From positions 54,913,460 to 54,977,459 of the forward strand of contig NC_068995.1 in assembly GCF_001194135.2 (NCBI RefSeq): a stretch of DNA of 64,000 nt. The letters run 5' to 3'. The translations under genes and the position numbers were made by a program. The notes under the pieces are model-generated. The model was given only the letters and a program-made list of their open reading frames with translations. It had not been told where the DNA came from and ran no database searches. Positions 25,775-39,188 of the stretch are shown piece by piece. Source of the DNA: Octopus bimaculoides (lineage: Eukaryota). How positions within the stretch are numbered: the first letter of the stretch is position 1; each line of letters opens with the position of its first letter.

Positions 25775-27179
25775 TTTACGTATATGAACGTGTGTGTTTT
25801 GTATATAAACTCAAAATGTATATTATATTATTACGTATTTAACTAATGATTTATTATTCATTCGTATATTGCCGAATTGCAATTGATATGTCATGTTTAT
25901 TTCATTCCTGTATTTGGTGTTATATTGGGATCTAAAATTATTGTTTACAAAGTTATGCTTCGTAATATTTATTATCCGCTCTTGTGCAGGCGCATATAAA
26001 TAATAAAAAATATTGCACACGTATTCAGTGTGAATTTAGAAACTCTAATTTACCCGTTTGCTATACGAAAATAAATGATAATGGTAAACCCAAATAATTG
26101 TAAGTGCTATGGGTATACGTAGCTAAAGCTTATTAAATGTATACGCTTACTTTTTTCTTTTCTTTCATCCAGAATGAATGGAAATATACCTGATCACAAG
26201 AAAGTGTGATGGAGGCAGATTAGGATTCAGACTAGAAGACTATAAAACATACAGATCAATACTCATACGTTTGCAGCTCTTTGTCTCATTACTTCATTAC
26301 CTTTGTAGCAAATATCGCTCTAACATATTTATAATTTATTATTTCATATCAAAGTGAAACTGCTACTTATCATGTCAGAAATATCTCACACAATGTTAAC
26401 TAATCAGCATTGGCTTATATTTGAAAGCATTGCATTACCTAATCGCTGATACTTCTGTTGCTAGGAAACCTAGATAAATTTGAAAGCAGATTTCAGAAAT
26501 AGACGGGGGAAAATGTAAAATGAAACAAACACATCAACATTTCTTTCAGTCGAGTATTATTTGAGAGGAAAAAAGCAAAATTTTTTAATGTAATTGAGTT
26601 ATGTATATTTTCGTGAACACAGTTGCGATTTTTATGTTGTTTATGCTTTCTAACACTTTATGTTTCCGAACACTTTTAAAAGTTTCTTGGATAAATAAGC
26701 GATTTGGAGTTCAGTTTATTTCAATATGGTTTTGGAGACGAAAATGATTTACTACATCATAGAATACGCAGACACTTAAAGAAATAAATAGAAATGGAAC
26801 TACTCGTAAAAGTAACATAGTAAGTCAAGTGAAGTCCAATCACGTTATTCTTTATAATGTATCTAACAATCGTCACCATCACTTCACAACCACGAAAGTA
26901 TGAGTTCAAGCCAACAACGCTGTTCTTTGTGTAACCCAACTTTCTCTGCAGAATAGGTTAATCAGTGGTAATTGTTAAGTTTCGACATATGTAAATGAGA
27001 ATTCTGAATATCTTCATTGCCACAAACGCAAATGCATACACACACCCACATAAAGATATGTACATACGTATAGACACAAACACACGCTTATGCACATATG
27101 CATGCGGTGTGCGTGTGTGTGTGTGTGCACACGCGTGGGTATGTATGTTTGTGTATGTGTGCGTATGCGTGCTTGTGGT

Positions 27180-27410
27180 AAGATGTGTGGTCCAGTAGAC
27201 AGTGAATTGCATTCACGACTTCAGAGTCATGGATTCGATTCCTCGACCAGCTTCATCTACAAAACAATTCATTTTGCATTGTGCCAATCCACTCAGTACC
27301 TGCAACGGACGGTCGTTCCGTTGGCTTACCGGTGAAGCTTGCTGGCAGGCATCATTCGAACAGTGTGAATGGTGTTGTATGACAACAGCATATGTTCTCG
27401 TCGATAAAGC
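27180..27410 (+). mobile_element. tRNA-derived SINE, family D, degenerate
   Basis: gtggtccagtagacagtgaattgcattcacgac...gtcatggattcgattcctcgacc has a B-box-like GGATTCGATTCC and resembles the heads at 45010-45175 and 51755. Confidence 0.5.
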
Positions 27411-27426
27411 CGTATAAATATATATA

Positions 27427-27720
27427 TAGTGGGTCGGCAACGAAGTTACCACCGTTTTTTTTTTAGATTTTAGAATTTATTGCGTTTTTAAATTTTGGAA
27501 CCTATTTTTCTCGAGAACTGAATTTGGAATGTATTTTGGAATCTATTTTGTTTTGTTGTTTTTCTAGTTAATTTTAGTTAATTTTTGTTTATTTTTAGAT
27601 CATTCAAATGGAATATCACATTAAGAAAAACGAGCATTTACGACACCTACTTTTTGCTTTTAAACAAGGTTCTAAGGCCGCAAAAGCTGCTCACGACATT
27701 TGTGCTGTGTATGGAGAGGG
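27427..27720 (+). mobile_element. mariner 5' end: TA + TIR, 5' UTR and transposase N-terminus, truncated by a microsatellite
   Basis: ta-gtgggtcggcaacgaagttaccaccg TIR-like start. The ATG at 27608 opens MEYHIKKNEHLRHLLFAFKQGSKAAKAAHDICAVYGEG, the typical mariner HTH start (H-x-R-H-L-L-L-F-x-F...A-x-x-I-C-x-V-Y-G-E). Confidence 0.85.
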
Positions 27721-29351
27721 TGTGTGTCTATGAGTGTGTGTCTATGAGTGTGTGTGTCTATGAGTGTGTGTGTGCGTATGTGTGTAAGTATGTGTATACA
27801 AACAGACACATATTTGGAATGTCTTGATCCTCTGTCTACTTGATTAATGCGTATATCTGATTAAGAATTATTTCAGTTGGCACTGCAAATATTGCATTTT
27901 CATTTGCTGAACTTCGAAATATCCATTCATTTTATATTACATCTATGTATGTATGTATGTATGTATCTATCTATCTATCTATCTATCTGTCTATGATTCT
28001 CTCTCTTCCGCTCTATCTCTCACTCTCACTCTGTATATATATGCGTGTGTGTGTGTGGTGTGTTTATATTCAAACATTTCCATATATTAGGATGCTCACA
28101 TATAAAACTGTGAGAAATAGAAAAGAGCGTATCGTTTACGACGAAATATCGTAACCGTAAAACGAAGTACTTTGGGTTATTTATTTTCTCACTAAATAAA
28201 CTATATACCTAACTTGCATTCTGTATTTTAACTATACAAATAAAACAGAACAGAGAAATATACTGTTGGTTATAAAATTGCTATAGAGTTAATCATATGT
28301 ATATAAATTATCATTTTATTTACCACATATTAAAAACAAATAGACTACATATCAAGACTTTTATATCTGAAATAGAAGATACTAGAAGCTTCTGATATTG
28401 AAAAATGTGCAATCGATAATACAATATCTGTTATTATGGAATTTATTGTTGTATTAATAATGTTTCTTTTGCATAGATTGTATTTTCATTATGGTGTATA
28501 TTTCTTGAGACACCTTGAAGAGAGTACCCAACGAATAAGGAAACACAAAACAAGGAGCAATATATATTCGCCTGCTCTCTATATTTATTAATAACGACAA
28601 ATTTATTGCCCAGTTTCAAAGGAATGTACATTTACTTAGCTTTGCTGAATTGGCGGTGATTCATTATGTCAGGTTTTTAATAACTTGTAGTTGGTATCGC
28701 TATGCAAGTGTAGTGCTATGTAAATGTAATAATACATCAGGATAATATTGTAGTATAATTGCAATTCACAATACCAGTTCGTGGGAAATACATTTGTTGT
28801 TGGTTAGGAATTTGCTTCTAATAAATCAGAGACAAGATAAACAATAATTATATTTATACATGTGTATGTGTTACATGAAAGATTTGTGTAAGCTTTATCA
28901 TTAAGAAGGAAAGTGAAAAATCATAGTTATATCAACCTAAAGTATACAAGTTACTTTTATCTGCTTTTTTATGAGTAAGTGTCTGTATACTTATTAATTA
29001 CGTATCTTGATCTTAGAAAAGAAGTGTGGACAAGTACGGACGATGATTTTTCTACGCGACAAAGTTGTCGGTTCTAATTTGATATCTACATTCTTTAAAC
29101 GTCTATAATTACCTTCTCTAAAAGGAACTGTATTATTTGTACAACTTTGGTTCACATTGTTACACCAATCTCAAACTTTAATACGTAATTACAGTTAATA
29201 AACTTCGTGCGATTTTAAGAAATATATTTTCATAAATTTCAAGGCAACATTAGATAATATCAGTTCTATAAAAAGGATGCTGCAAAGACTAATAAGAATG
29301 CCTTTATGATAAATTATTTCAAGATGATATAGGTGTGTGTCTGTGTGTGTG

Positions 29352-29695
29352 TGCGCCAGGTTCCAGTATCATTTGACATGGTTTCTAAGGCTGAATGCCC
29401 TACCTGATGGCAACAACTCCAAAAGTTTAATGGGTGCTTTTTACATACAATCTGTACGGGTGTCATTTACATGACACCGATAACGGTCACGACTAAGATT
29501 TCACAGGTGCCATTTCCATGATACTGGTAACAGCCATGACTACAATTTCACTGGGCTTGACGAGTCTTGTCAAGCGTCGCATATCAACACGGGTCTCAGT
29601 TACTCGACATCGCCTTCGTGAGGCCCGACATGCTACCAGCAATGACCACGACTACGATTTCACTGGGCTTGACGCGTCTTCTCCAGGACAGCAAA
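29352..29695 (-). mobile_element. Interspersed repeat with internal ~37-bp direct repeats (probably an RTE-tail/SINE type)
   Basis: ggtttctaaggctgaatgccctacctgatggcaac resembles the reverse strand of RTE-type 3' ends. The unit gactac(a/g)atttcactgggcttgacg(a/c)gtctt occurs at 29536 and 29648, with a partial copy at 29489. Confidence 0.55.
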
Positions 29696-32427
29696 TAGAT
29701 CGACAGTCATCTATATGTATGTCAGCATTTGTGTGCTGATATGCGCATAGGTGTTTCAGCATATATATTAATATATAAAGTAGAGATACACATATATATG
29801 GACCAGTATTTATACATATACACATACAAAAATACGTATATTACAGTATTTATACACAAAGCTCCTGCATGTCAGCAGACAAGCTTCGTAAACATATAAG
29901 TGGAAATATAATTTTAGCTTTAATGATCAGGTTTTAGTATCAGATAAAATTTAACGCTTTCCATTAGAATCCTTACGTGGATATTCGTTTAAATAGAATT
30001 TAATATATTTCATGCTTTCGTGACACACACACACACACACATACACACACACACACATACACACAGACATACACATACACACACACACACTCACACACAC
30101 ATATATAAATGTATATGTGTATGTATAAATAAATATTTATGCGTGCATGTGTTTGCGCGCGCGCGTGTGTGTTTGTGTATGTGTGTGTGTGTGTTGTATT
30201 CTAAGTGTGGATAAATTTGAATTATAGACAATGACAGGAAATATTTCATATTGATTATAACCTGAACTATTCTGTCTAGTCACTATTTTCTTTTCTACAG
30301 ATGCATTGAAGAAGAACTTTTCAGTCGTTTTTGAAAAGTTGCCACGCGTTACTTTTTGTTGCATTTATAATATACGCACGAGAACTGAACAGTCGATGGC
30401 AATTTTGCCGTCTTGCAGTCCTATATAAGTGTATTTCTTTATATGTCGTTAGAAATTATCATCAATGAAGCGATATATCTGTGTAGCAATTAACTCCATT
30501 TATTACTCTTGCGTGTTTAAAATAATTGATACTTCTACTTGAGGTATGTCTTTTACTAAAATTAATTAAAAATACCAATTAATTTATGGATCATTTCATC
30601 CTAATTAAACGTCTTAAAGAACGATCTGTATATGTGTAATTAATGCTACAGAAAACAATTTATATAAATTACAATTTTTACTGAAATATTTTCCATTTAT
30701 CATAATTCAAAATATAGCAGACGACGAGACAAAGACTAAATCTGACATAAATATATTTGAACTTCAACCATTTTTATCTGAGAGAAATATTATTTGACAT
30801 TATTGACTATTTGCCGTATAGAAATAGTTAACATTTTTCACTCAATGAAAACCGAAATAATATCCATTAGTTAAAATTTGAACAAAATTAAAATAACCAA
30901 TAAAAAACATATTTCTATAATTACATTTCCACTTTCTAAATTCTTTGCTAAAACGAAAATTGTAAGGTAAAAGCGAGTGAGCATGAAATCGATTAAAAGC
31001 ATTATTGTTAGAAACTTTTTTCTTTATTCTGCCATTATAGTAGCATCGTCTAATTACTGCTAACTAGATAGCATTTGCTACGAAGAGAAAACCCCAAAAC
31101 TTTAGTTGCGTATTTCCTTTGTTTTACTATCCTTTTTCTTTTGTGCGCGTTGAAATCCACCTTTGATAAAAAAAAAATATATATATATATATGATGACAA
31201 GATTGCTGGTAGCAGTTACGCGCTAAGGGTTAATCATTTTATAACATATTTTCCTTCAAAGAAAAACATGTTTTTAACCAAGTGCACCACGCATCCTTAA
31301 AAATGTTAAGCTTTCTGCTCTGTGTAACATGCTTCAGACATTTGATATTTCACTGAAACTTTGTATGAGCAATGCTAAAATCATGTGGAAACTGTTGCAC
31401 TTTGTCACTACAAAATATGTTTCCCTGTATTACCGATGTATTTTCTTTATTTTATTGCGAGCTTTCCATACACTGTTGTACTTTTGTTAACTGGATATTA
31501 TTGATGCTAAAGTATATATATGAGCATAACACCCAGGAAACTAATCTCAATAAACAGTGGGCTTCACAAAGTAAACTTCAGAGGAGAGCGTCTGATAATG
31601 TATTTGATATCAGCAGAAGGATTTGCGGGTAGCGACTCCCATACACACTGCTAACAAGCTATAGAATATTAGTCGATGTCAGAGTTAGTTAATTATATGT
31701 TCCAAGATAAAAAATCTCCCATTTCAAAAGCTGTCCTGGTGAAAATTTTAAAGTCTTATCTTCATAAAATGTCGCAAGCATTAGTTAGTTCTGAGATTTA
31801 AAAATCTAGAAGTTTCATGTTTCTGTTGCTCGCGAGTGGAATAATTATGGCGCTTTAGGTAATTTGAGGTTAAAGGTGTCCATATGACTATAATGAAAAA
31901 CGATCGATAAGAAATGTTCAGTTGTCTTTACATTGGAATATTTGTGCATAAAAGCTTACTCTACGCTTGCTGAATGAGACTTAGTATTCCTTTATCGTTT
32001 TTTGCTTTATACAACTACGGGTGTAATGATGGTACGTCGGTTAGAAATTTGAGGAAGATTCAATTTTGATTTAATCTGCAAAGGAGTAAGCGGGATCAAA
32101 ACTTCATACAATTTATTTGCGTATTAAGAGCTTTTACGGAATGAATGATTCTAAAATCCACCAATTTCAATGACAAATGGATTAAAGAAAACTCTCTACC
32201 GAAGGTACAACAAAGTGGATCCAGAAAATATCTATCCATAGGTTTTCGTTTTTGTGTTTGTGTTTCACTTTCTTTTCCTGGAAACACAACATAATTGCGT
32301 ATAGTGACGTTCTCGAACGAATTAGGCTATAGATGTACGCGGCAAATTGTTTTCCGTTCTTGCTAAAAGTGGATTCATATCCCTAGACCAATGAAAGAGG
32401 CTGATGATAGCAAAAGAAATACTCATT

Positions 32428-32843
32428 TATACGTTATCGCAACATATTTATGGTAGTGTATAATAGATAACACATGAACTTTTCGGTCTAATCGTCAGAA
32501 ATATACTGTTTGGCTTGTGCAATGTATATAGCAGACTGTTGTGGCGGACGCCCCCAGACAAAAAGTGAGCTGGTCCACTACTAATAAATGGTTGATTGGC
32601 ACAGTCAGTAGAGTTGGTCAGCGAAGGTACGTAGAGACGACGAAATACGTCGTCATCGTGGGACATATCAGTGGCGACGAGGGTTCGGACAATATCACCA
32701 TTGGGGCATATAGACTGAGAAAGATCAAAAGCTTTTGATAGAAGTTTTGTGCACATTCTATGTCGAGATAGCCATATATTATTTCCAAATGGAAACCAAA
32801 ACACAACTGGAAACTTAGATCATGTGTTGCGTATAACGTATAT
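32428..32843. mobile_element. Candidate MITE: ~20-bp inverted termini with TA ends around a GC-richer interior
   Basis: tatacgttat-cgcaacatat (32428) versus the reverse complement of the right end, tatacgttatacgcaacacat (ending 32842): one indel and one mismatch. Confidence 0.4.
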
Positions 32844-35662
32844 TCAGTAGACGACCAAATAAGAAGTCACCACAAGCTATCTTCAAACGTTGAGGATATT
32901 ATTTGTCATCCTCAGCAAATATCAAATGATTCAGGAGTTTAATATTGTTTACCAAGAAATCGATGAAAATACGTTGTGCTATTTGCCCAGTAGACACGCT
33001 ATGTGGTCAGAGTTGACCCATGCATCATGCACACTGGTGTAGCTAATTATAAATGGCATATGCGTTTATTCTTAAAAGATGGAACCTCATGTTTACTGCA
33101 CCAGAAGTACGGTTTAATGTGTGTTTTATTTCAATAGATTAAAAGAAAATATTCTTGAAACCGTAATCAGACCTGCAAAACATACTTGACTCTCCATTAA
33201 TATGCTGCTTGACCTGGGCAAGTTCAAGTTACAAAGGTAAACTTAGCTTGCGTTACGGAGATACAAAACCTTATATCATAGAAAAAGATAAATTGGTTCT
33301 CTTGATGGTAATATCTTATCAAAGTGAATTTGCTTCTATCAGAAATTAAAATCAGTTCGAAATCCTGACTTTCACGTAATTTAGATTCTTGTAGCACCAT
33401 CAAAATACTGATGAAATATTCGTTTCTTACTGATAGACGGCAAATAGTATGTGATGTAGGAGATAGAGAGAGAGGAAATAGATATTTTAGCTGTTCAAGA
33501 GATGAATACTTTGGCGATTAAATGAAGCGATGTATCTTAGAACGAAAGAATGAAGACGCTTAATAAACCCAAACACGATTTATCAGCTAGCAGTTATTCT
33601 GCGTGACCGCAGAAACATACTCTTTCTTTTATTATTATTTGCAGATTGTGTTTGTAAGGACGTTAGATATACTTTGATACTTTACTTTTAATAAAAATTG
33701 AGAGGTAAACGTATTTCAACGTTTTACTGTAACTTAATTTCAACATTTATCAGTGGCTACGGAAGATTGAAGTGACACATAATGAGTTTATCTTCAACAA
33801 AAGTAATATTAACATTCAGCTTTGTCATATTTGAATTTTCTAAATATTTCTAAAGGAATTATCGTTATTAATTTTAGCTACATATTTGAAAATATGATTT
33901 CAAAAGTACTAACATACGTATAAAGTAGGAACGCATATATGTTGCGACTGTGAAATATTATTATATTGCTTGTGCACATACTAATCGCGTAGGTGCTAAT
34001 GTTTATGTGCTTATGGAACTGTGTATATGCACATCAAACGACTATGCTTGTACATATGTGTGTGTATGTATGCGCGCGCGTATGTGTGTAGCTTTTTGTG
34101 TGCATTTGTGTTTATACACAGACAAATGCTTATATAAAGAAGTACAGCGATACACACACGCACACACATATATATGTCAAGAAACATATTTATGTGCGTT
34201 TGTGTACGTATGTGTATATAGATAGATAAATAGATATATCTATATATATATTCTTATACATTTATATGCACGTACACATACACACATCATATACGTGCAT
34301 GTGCGTGTATTTTATACTGTATTTGTTTGTATGTGTAAAAACAAAAGGAATATTTACTGGTGCGCATTATCTAAGTCTATGCGATTTAAATTAAATTTTT
34401 GTTTGTATTTCTTTGTTAGTTCATGTTGAGATGGGATTAAATTTAAATCATATAGCATCCTGTTAGTTATATGTTTCTTTTCTTTTTTATTTTCTTCTCA
34501 TATCTGTGATAAATAAGCTTACAAGATAGAGTTGACAGCTGGATATATTAGATAGCATTCCTGAGTAATTTTGCTTCAGATGTTTAAAAGTGAAATTTTC
34601 ATAAGATTAAGAACAATTGGAAATACCTTCCGTCTGCTTCTAGATTTCTATATTAGCTGATGAAATTATGGCGAAATACACACATACACACGCACAAACA
34701 CACACACAGAAACACACACACACACACGCACAGACACACACACACATTTCCATACCTATATATTTTTCACAATATATTCTACGTTAGATCATATGTATCG
34801 AAAGATGATCAACGTGGTTATATTAAATTTTATTGTATATTCGCTTATTTACTTTCTATTTGATTCAAACTCATGTAATATACGTTCAACCACATAACGC
34901 CATCTATATACAATACCGATAACCATTTGACTAAATGGTAAATGAAGAGTAAGTGATGGTGATGATAGTATAACGACGACGACGACGACGACGATGATGA
35001 TGATGATGATGATGATGATNNNNNNNNNNNNNNNNNNNNNNNNNNNNNNNNNNNNNNNNNNNNNNNNNNNNNNNNNNNNNNNNNNNNNNNNNNNNNNNNN
35101 NNNNNNNNNNNNNNNNNNNNNNNNNNNNNNNNNNNNNNNNNNNNNNNNNNNNNNNNNNNNNNNNNNNNNNNNNNNNNNNNNNNNNNNNNNNNNNNNNNNN
35201 NNNNNNNNNNNNNNNNNNNNNNNNNNNNNNNNNNNNNNNNNNNNNNNNNNNNNNNNNNNNNNNNNNNNNNNNNNNNNNNNNNNNNNNNNNNNNNNNNNNN
35301 NNNNNNNNNNNNNNNNNNNNNNNNNNNNNNNNNNNNNNNNNNNNNNNNNNNNNNNNNNNNNNNNNNNNNNNNNNNNNNNNNNNNNNNNNNNNNNNNNNNN
35401 NNNNNNNNNNNNNNNNNNNNNNNNNNNNNNNNNNNNNNNNNNNNNNNNNNNNNNNNNNNNNNNNNNNNNNNNNNNNNNNNNNNNNNNNNNNNNNNNNNNN
35501 NNNNNNNNNNNNNNNNNNNNNNNNNNNNNNNNNNNNNNNNNNNNNNNNNNNNNNNNNNNNNNNNNNNNNNNNNNNNNNNNNNNNNNNNNNNNNNNNNNNN
35601 NNNNNNNNNNNNNNNNNNNNNNNNNNNNNNNNNNNNNNNNNNNNNNNNNNNNNNNNNNNNNN

Positions 35663-35693
<31 letters not shown>

Positions 35694-37038
35694 TACTGAA
35701 AGATATTTTGAGTAAAATATCATACAACGAGAAGAGGTAACTCAGTTTAAAATCTTTGAATCATGTACTTTGTATTTCTGTATCTGTATCAGTCAGATGC
35801 CAGTGTGTGACTTGTTTTAGATGAGATTTAAAGCGAAATATATTTTCATAGGTGCGGTAAATGAATAACGTTGGTAGCATTAGAGTTAAACAGAATCCTG
35901 CTGTGCGTTTTTGTTACATCTCTGTTATTTGGCATTCATCTCCGTTTTGATTTCTAATTTGGCAATGATTTCATTCCAAATTCATGAAAGTTATTTACTT
36001 TTGCGAATCCTTGAATTAAAGCAGTTGTTATTGCTACTGAGGACTGGGCAATTTAATATTATACACAGCTGGAGTACGTTCTCAAAGTGCAATTCTCTCA
36101 GCGGCGTTACACATGTTACAGTTTATGTATTGTGATCATATTTCAAAGTAAACCTTAAATTATTCGGAAATCGTTAATAATGAAATATGTTTTATTTGGC
36201 TGAAGTGTCAGACTATCAACGAAATTGTTTAGATAATATTTATTTCCTTCATTATAAACATCTTTAGTTTGTTTACACATTGAGTCAAAGACCATATCAA
36301 ATTATCTCTACTGTTCCAATGCCATTTAAAACTATTGTATAAATATGATATATTAGTGATATATTTATACTGTTTCACGTGCATTCTTGCAATTTCTTAG
36401 TTGAGTGCATATACACGGAGGAAAAATATGTATGTTCAGGTTTATTGTTGTTTCTGACGATGAATTGATTGTATTTCAGTATTAGAATCACAGAAGGAAT
36501 TACTTATTTGATAACAAGAAAAGTAATTATATATCATATATATGGTGTTTGTGAGTCAAGAATATCGGTGCCAAACAATGCATAGGTAGGGTTACGCACA
36601 TTAATATATGTATATACGTGTATACATACATATATATGTGAGTTTGTTTGTGCGTATAAACGAACAAACAATTAAAAAAAAACAAGAGAAAAAAAGGAAA
36701 AAAAACGAACGTGTGGACGTGCACAAGAATTATATTAGTTCGACGCTCGGTGAAAGAAGATTGTTTTTACCGCTTCGTCGTAATGTATACCAAATTTTTT
36801 CCCATGCTTAACGACGAGCAGCATCATTAACAAAAACATGTTCTTGATCTCCTTATTTATGCTTGCAATGTGTCTTTCTCTAGAATGAGTATGGCATAAT
36901 TGTGTAGAATATTTTGTATTTCAATTGTGACTATTTTATTAATTAGCTTTTACTAAACGATATCGGTGTCATACAAAATACAGGTAGGTTTACGCACATA
37001 AATATATTCATATATATATATATATATATATATACAGA

Positions 37039-37115
<77 letters not shown>

Positions 37116-37330
37116 CATGAAAGGTAATGGTGTCAATAAGGACAAAGGGTGTCTGGAATGCTGAGCAAGTGCTGTGGACAGACTATAGTTAAGCTCCAGG
37201 TTCGGTGATTATGCGAATAAGGAGTCTAAAACAGGTCATATATCACCATGTGCATATATAAGACAAAAAATTCACAATGAGATAAGAATCCAAGGCTGTG
37301 AAAAATTTTAGAATAATTAGAAATAGAAGG

Positions 37331-37376
37331 TCTTACAGCTATTTCCGGGATATTTTACATATCCCTTCATCGGAGA
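37331..37376 (-). ncRNA. Minimal type I hammerhead-like motif (variant core)
   Basis: TCT-CCGATGA-A-GGGATAT/gtaaa/ATATCCC-G-GAAA-T-AGCT-G-TA-AGA: 7-bp stem II, palindromic AGCT stem III loop, GUA cleavage triplet and 3-bp stem I. The core has U4>C. Confidence 0.5.
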
Positions 37377-37897
37377 TGTAAGAATATGGTTAAGCAATAG
37401 ATAATTTATATAAGATATGAAATAGAGAGTGAAGTGGAGGAATGAAAATAGATGCGAGATATGCAGGGATATTGCATCTGTAGATCGATAATTTAGGAAG
37501 AATGGTATACATATAAGATTCCAGTACCTTGTGCGTAACTTCCAATAGTATTTTAAATACTATTGTATACGATTATACGAATAAGGAGTCCAACGTAGGT
37601 CATATATGTGCATGACGTGTATATATAGAAACTTCTTTTTTTCTCAGAATGAAATTAAAAAAAAAACAAGGCTGTGAAGATTGTAGAACATTTATAAATT
37701 TACGATCACCAATTTTAAATATTATTGGAATATACTCACAAGGTATTGGAAATCTTATATGTATACCATTCTGCCTAAATAATGGATATGCAAATGCAAT
37801 ATCCCTGCATATCTCATATCTATTTTCATTCCTCAACTTCACTGTTCCTTTCGTATCTTATCTAAATTAACTATTGCTTAACCACCTCCTCACATCG

Positions 37898-37943
37898 TCT
37901 CCGATGAATGGATATGATAAATATCCTGGAAATAGGTGTAAGA
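37898..37943 (+). ncRNA. Second hammerhead-like motif (more decayed, inverted copy)
   Basis: TCT-CCGATGA-AT-GGATAT/gataa/ATATCC-TG-GAAA-T-AGGT-G-TA-AGA. Confidence 0.4.
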
Positions 37944-39148
37944 CCTTCTATTTATAAATGTTCTAAAATCTTCACAGCCTTGGCTTTTTTTTATCTCATT
38001 CTGAAAAGATTATATATATATATATATATATATATCATTCAGCAAACAAACAATTAAAAGAACGAAAATGTAATAATGTAATATACCAAGAGAACAGGGT
38101 TGAGAAAACATTCTTCTTGTTATATTAGAGAACAGTTATACATTAAATTGAGAGGATATATATATATGTGAGTATGTATGTATGTATGCATGAATGTATG
38201 TATGAACTCGAATAAATTTCTGTGAATTGTATTTAATATATTATCTATTTATAATATATTATCTATATTATCTATTGAGTATTTAATATATTTTAATGGT
38301 GTATTAATAGGAAATGAAAATTGAAATGAATTAACGATATTACACACCAGATTCACAGAAACATGAATAAATTATTCACTGAAATTAATATATTAGAACC
38401 TGACCTGTATAAAGTAAATACAGTTTACAAATGTCTAACTGTGTATAGTGTAGTTGATTGCAATGATATAAAATTACAATATAATTATTTACACGGAGCA
38501 CATAACAATATACGTGCATTATTAGTTTATTCAATGCTAGGCTTTTCATCCAGGATATTAATTCTCAATGTAATAACACCTTAAAAGAAGTAAAGGAATT
38601 GATCGCCATTATATTGTTAATTACAAAATATCGTAGAGGAGTTTTATTACGGGGCAAACAAACCTGTACGGAAGTTATTAACACTATCAGAGTAATTACC
38701 TACGGCAGTTATATGCAATGTCGAACATATGATTGATGCTACTGTGCACGTGTATTCGATTCATTTGTTTATTATTGCAGTTTTTCTGGCGCATATTGAA
38801 ATATATTTTCGCAAATAAAAGTCTGACCTCATCCACATATTCACATCACCAGCAATCTTACATTTGAGTGGGTGTGGTTATTTAATTCTGAAAGCCAAAG
38901 ATAATGTGATACTGATCAACAAATTCCATATCCTCTCGGTAAAACAATTATTCAACTGGTTTCTTAACGCTGTGGGTGTCAATGGTTAATAAACGTAATT
39001 ATAAATTCTGCTGTATGTGTATTTAAGTTTTCTGAAACAGCCATTAAATTTAAATGTCCAAGCTATTTGCTATTCATTGTTTTAATTTGTGTTAAATATA
39101 TATTCATCTTATGCACGCACACGCACACACACTCACTCACACACACAC

Positions 39149-39188
<40 letters not shown>

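Larger units (their letters stand above)
37207..38003. mobile_element. Penelope-like pseudo-LTR block: ~285-bp inverted repeat (37276-37557 / 37713-38000) plus ~125-bp direct repeat (37207-37324 / 37571-37699)
   Basis: The arms align by eye at roughly 80% (aatgagataa...caaggctgtgaa...atagaaggtcttaca...ttcatcggaga...gatatgcagggatattgcat...gaatggtatacatataagatt). Each arm carries a hammerhead-like core. Confidence 0.75.

Noticed and set aside
11700-27720. Idea that the two mariner pieces (11.7 kb and 27.4 kb) are one split element
   Set aside because: The internal piece lies upstream of the 5' end in the same orientation, which fits independent insertions better than a single interrupted copy.
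32728-32745. LSKAFD in the minus ORF resembling the LINE RT motif DLSKAFD
   Set aside because: The leading Asp is absent and no other RT motifs (QG, YADD) follow at the expected spacing.
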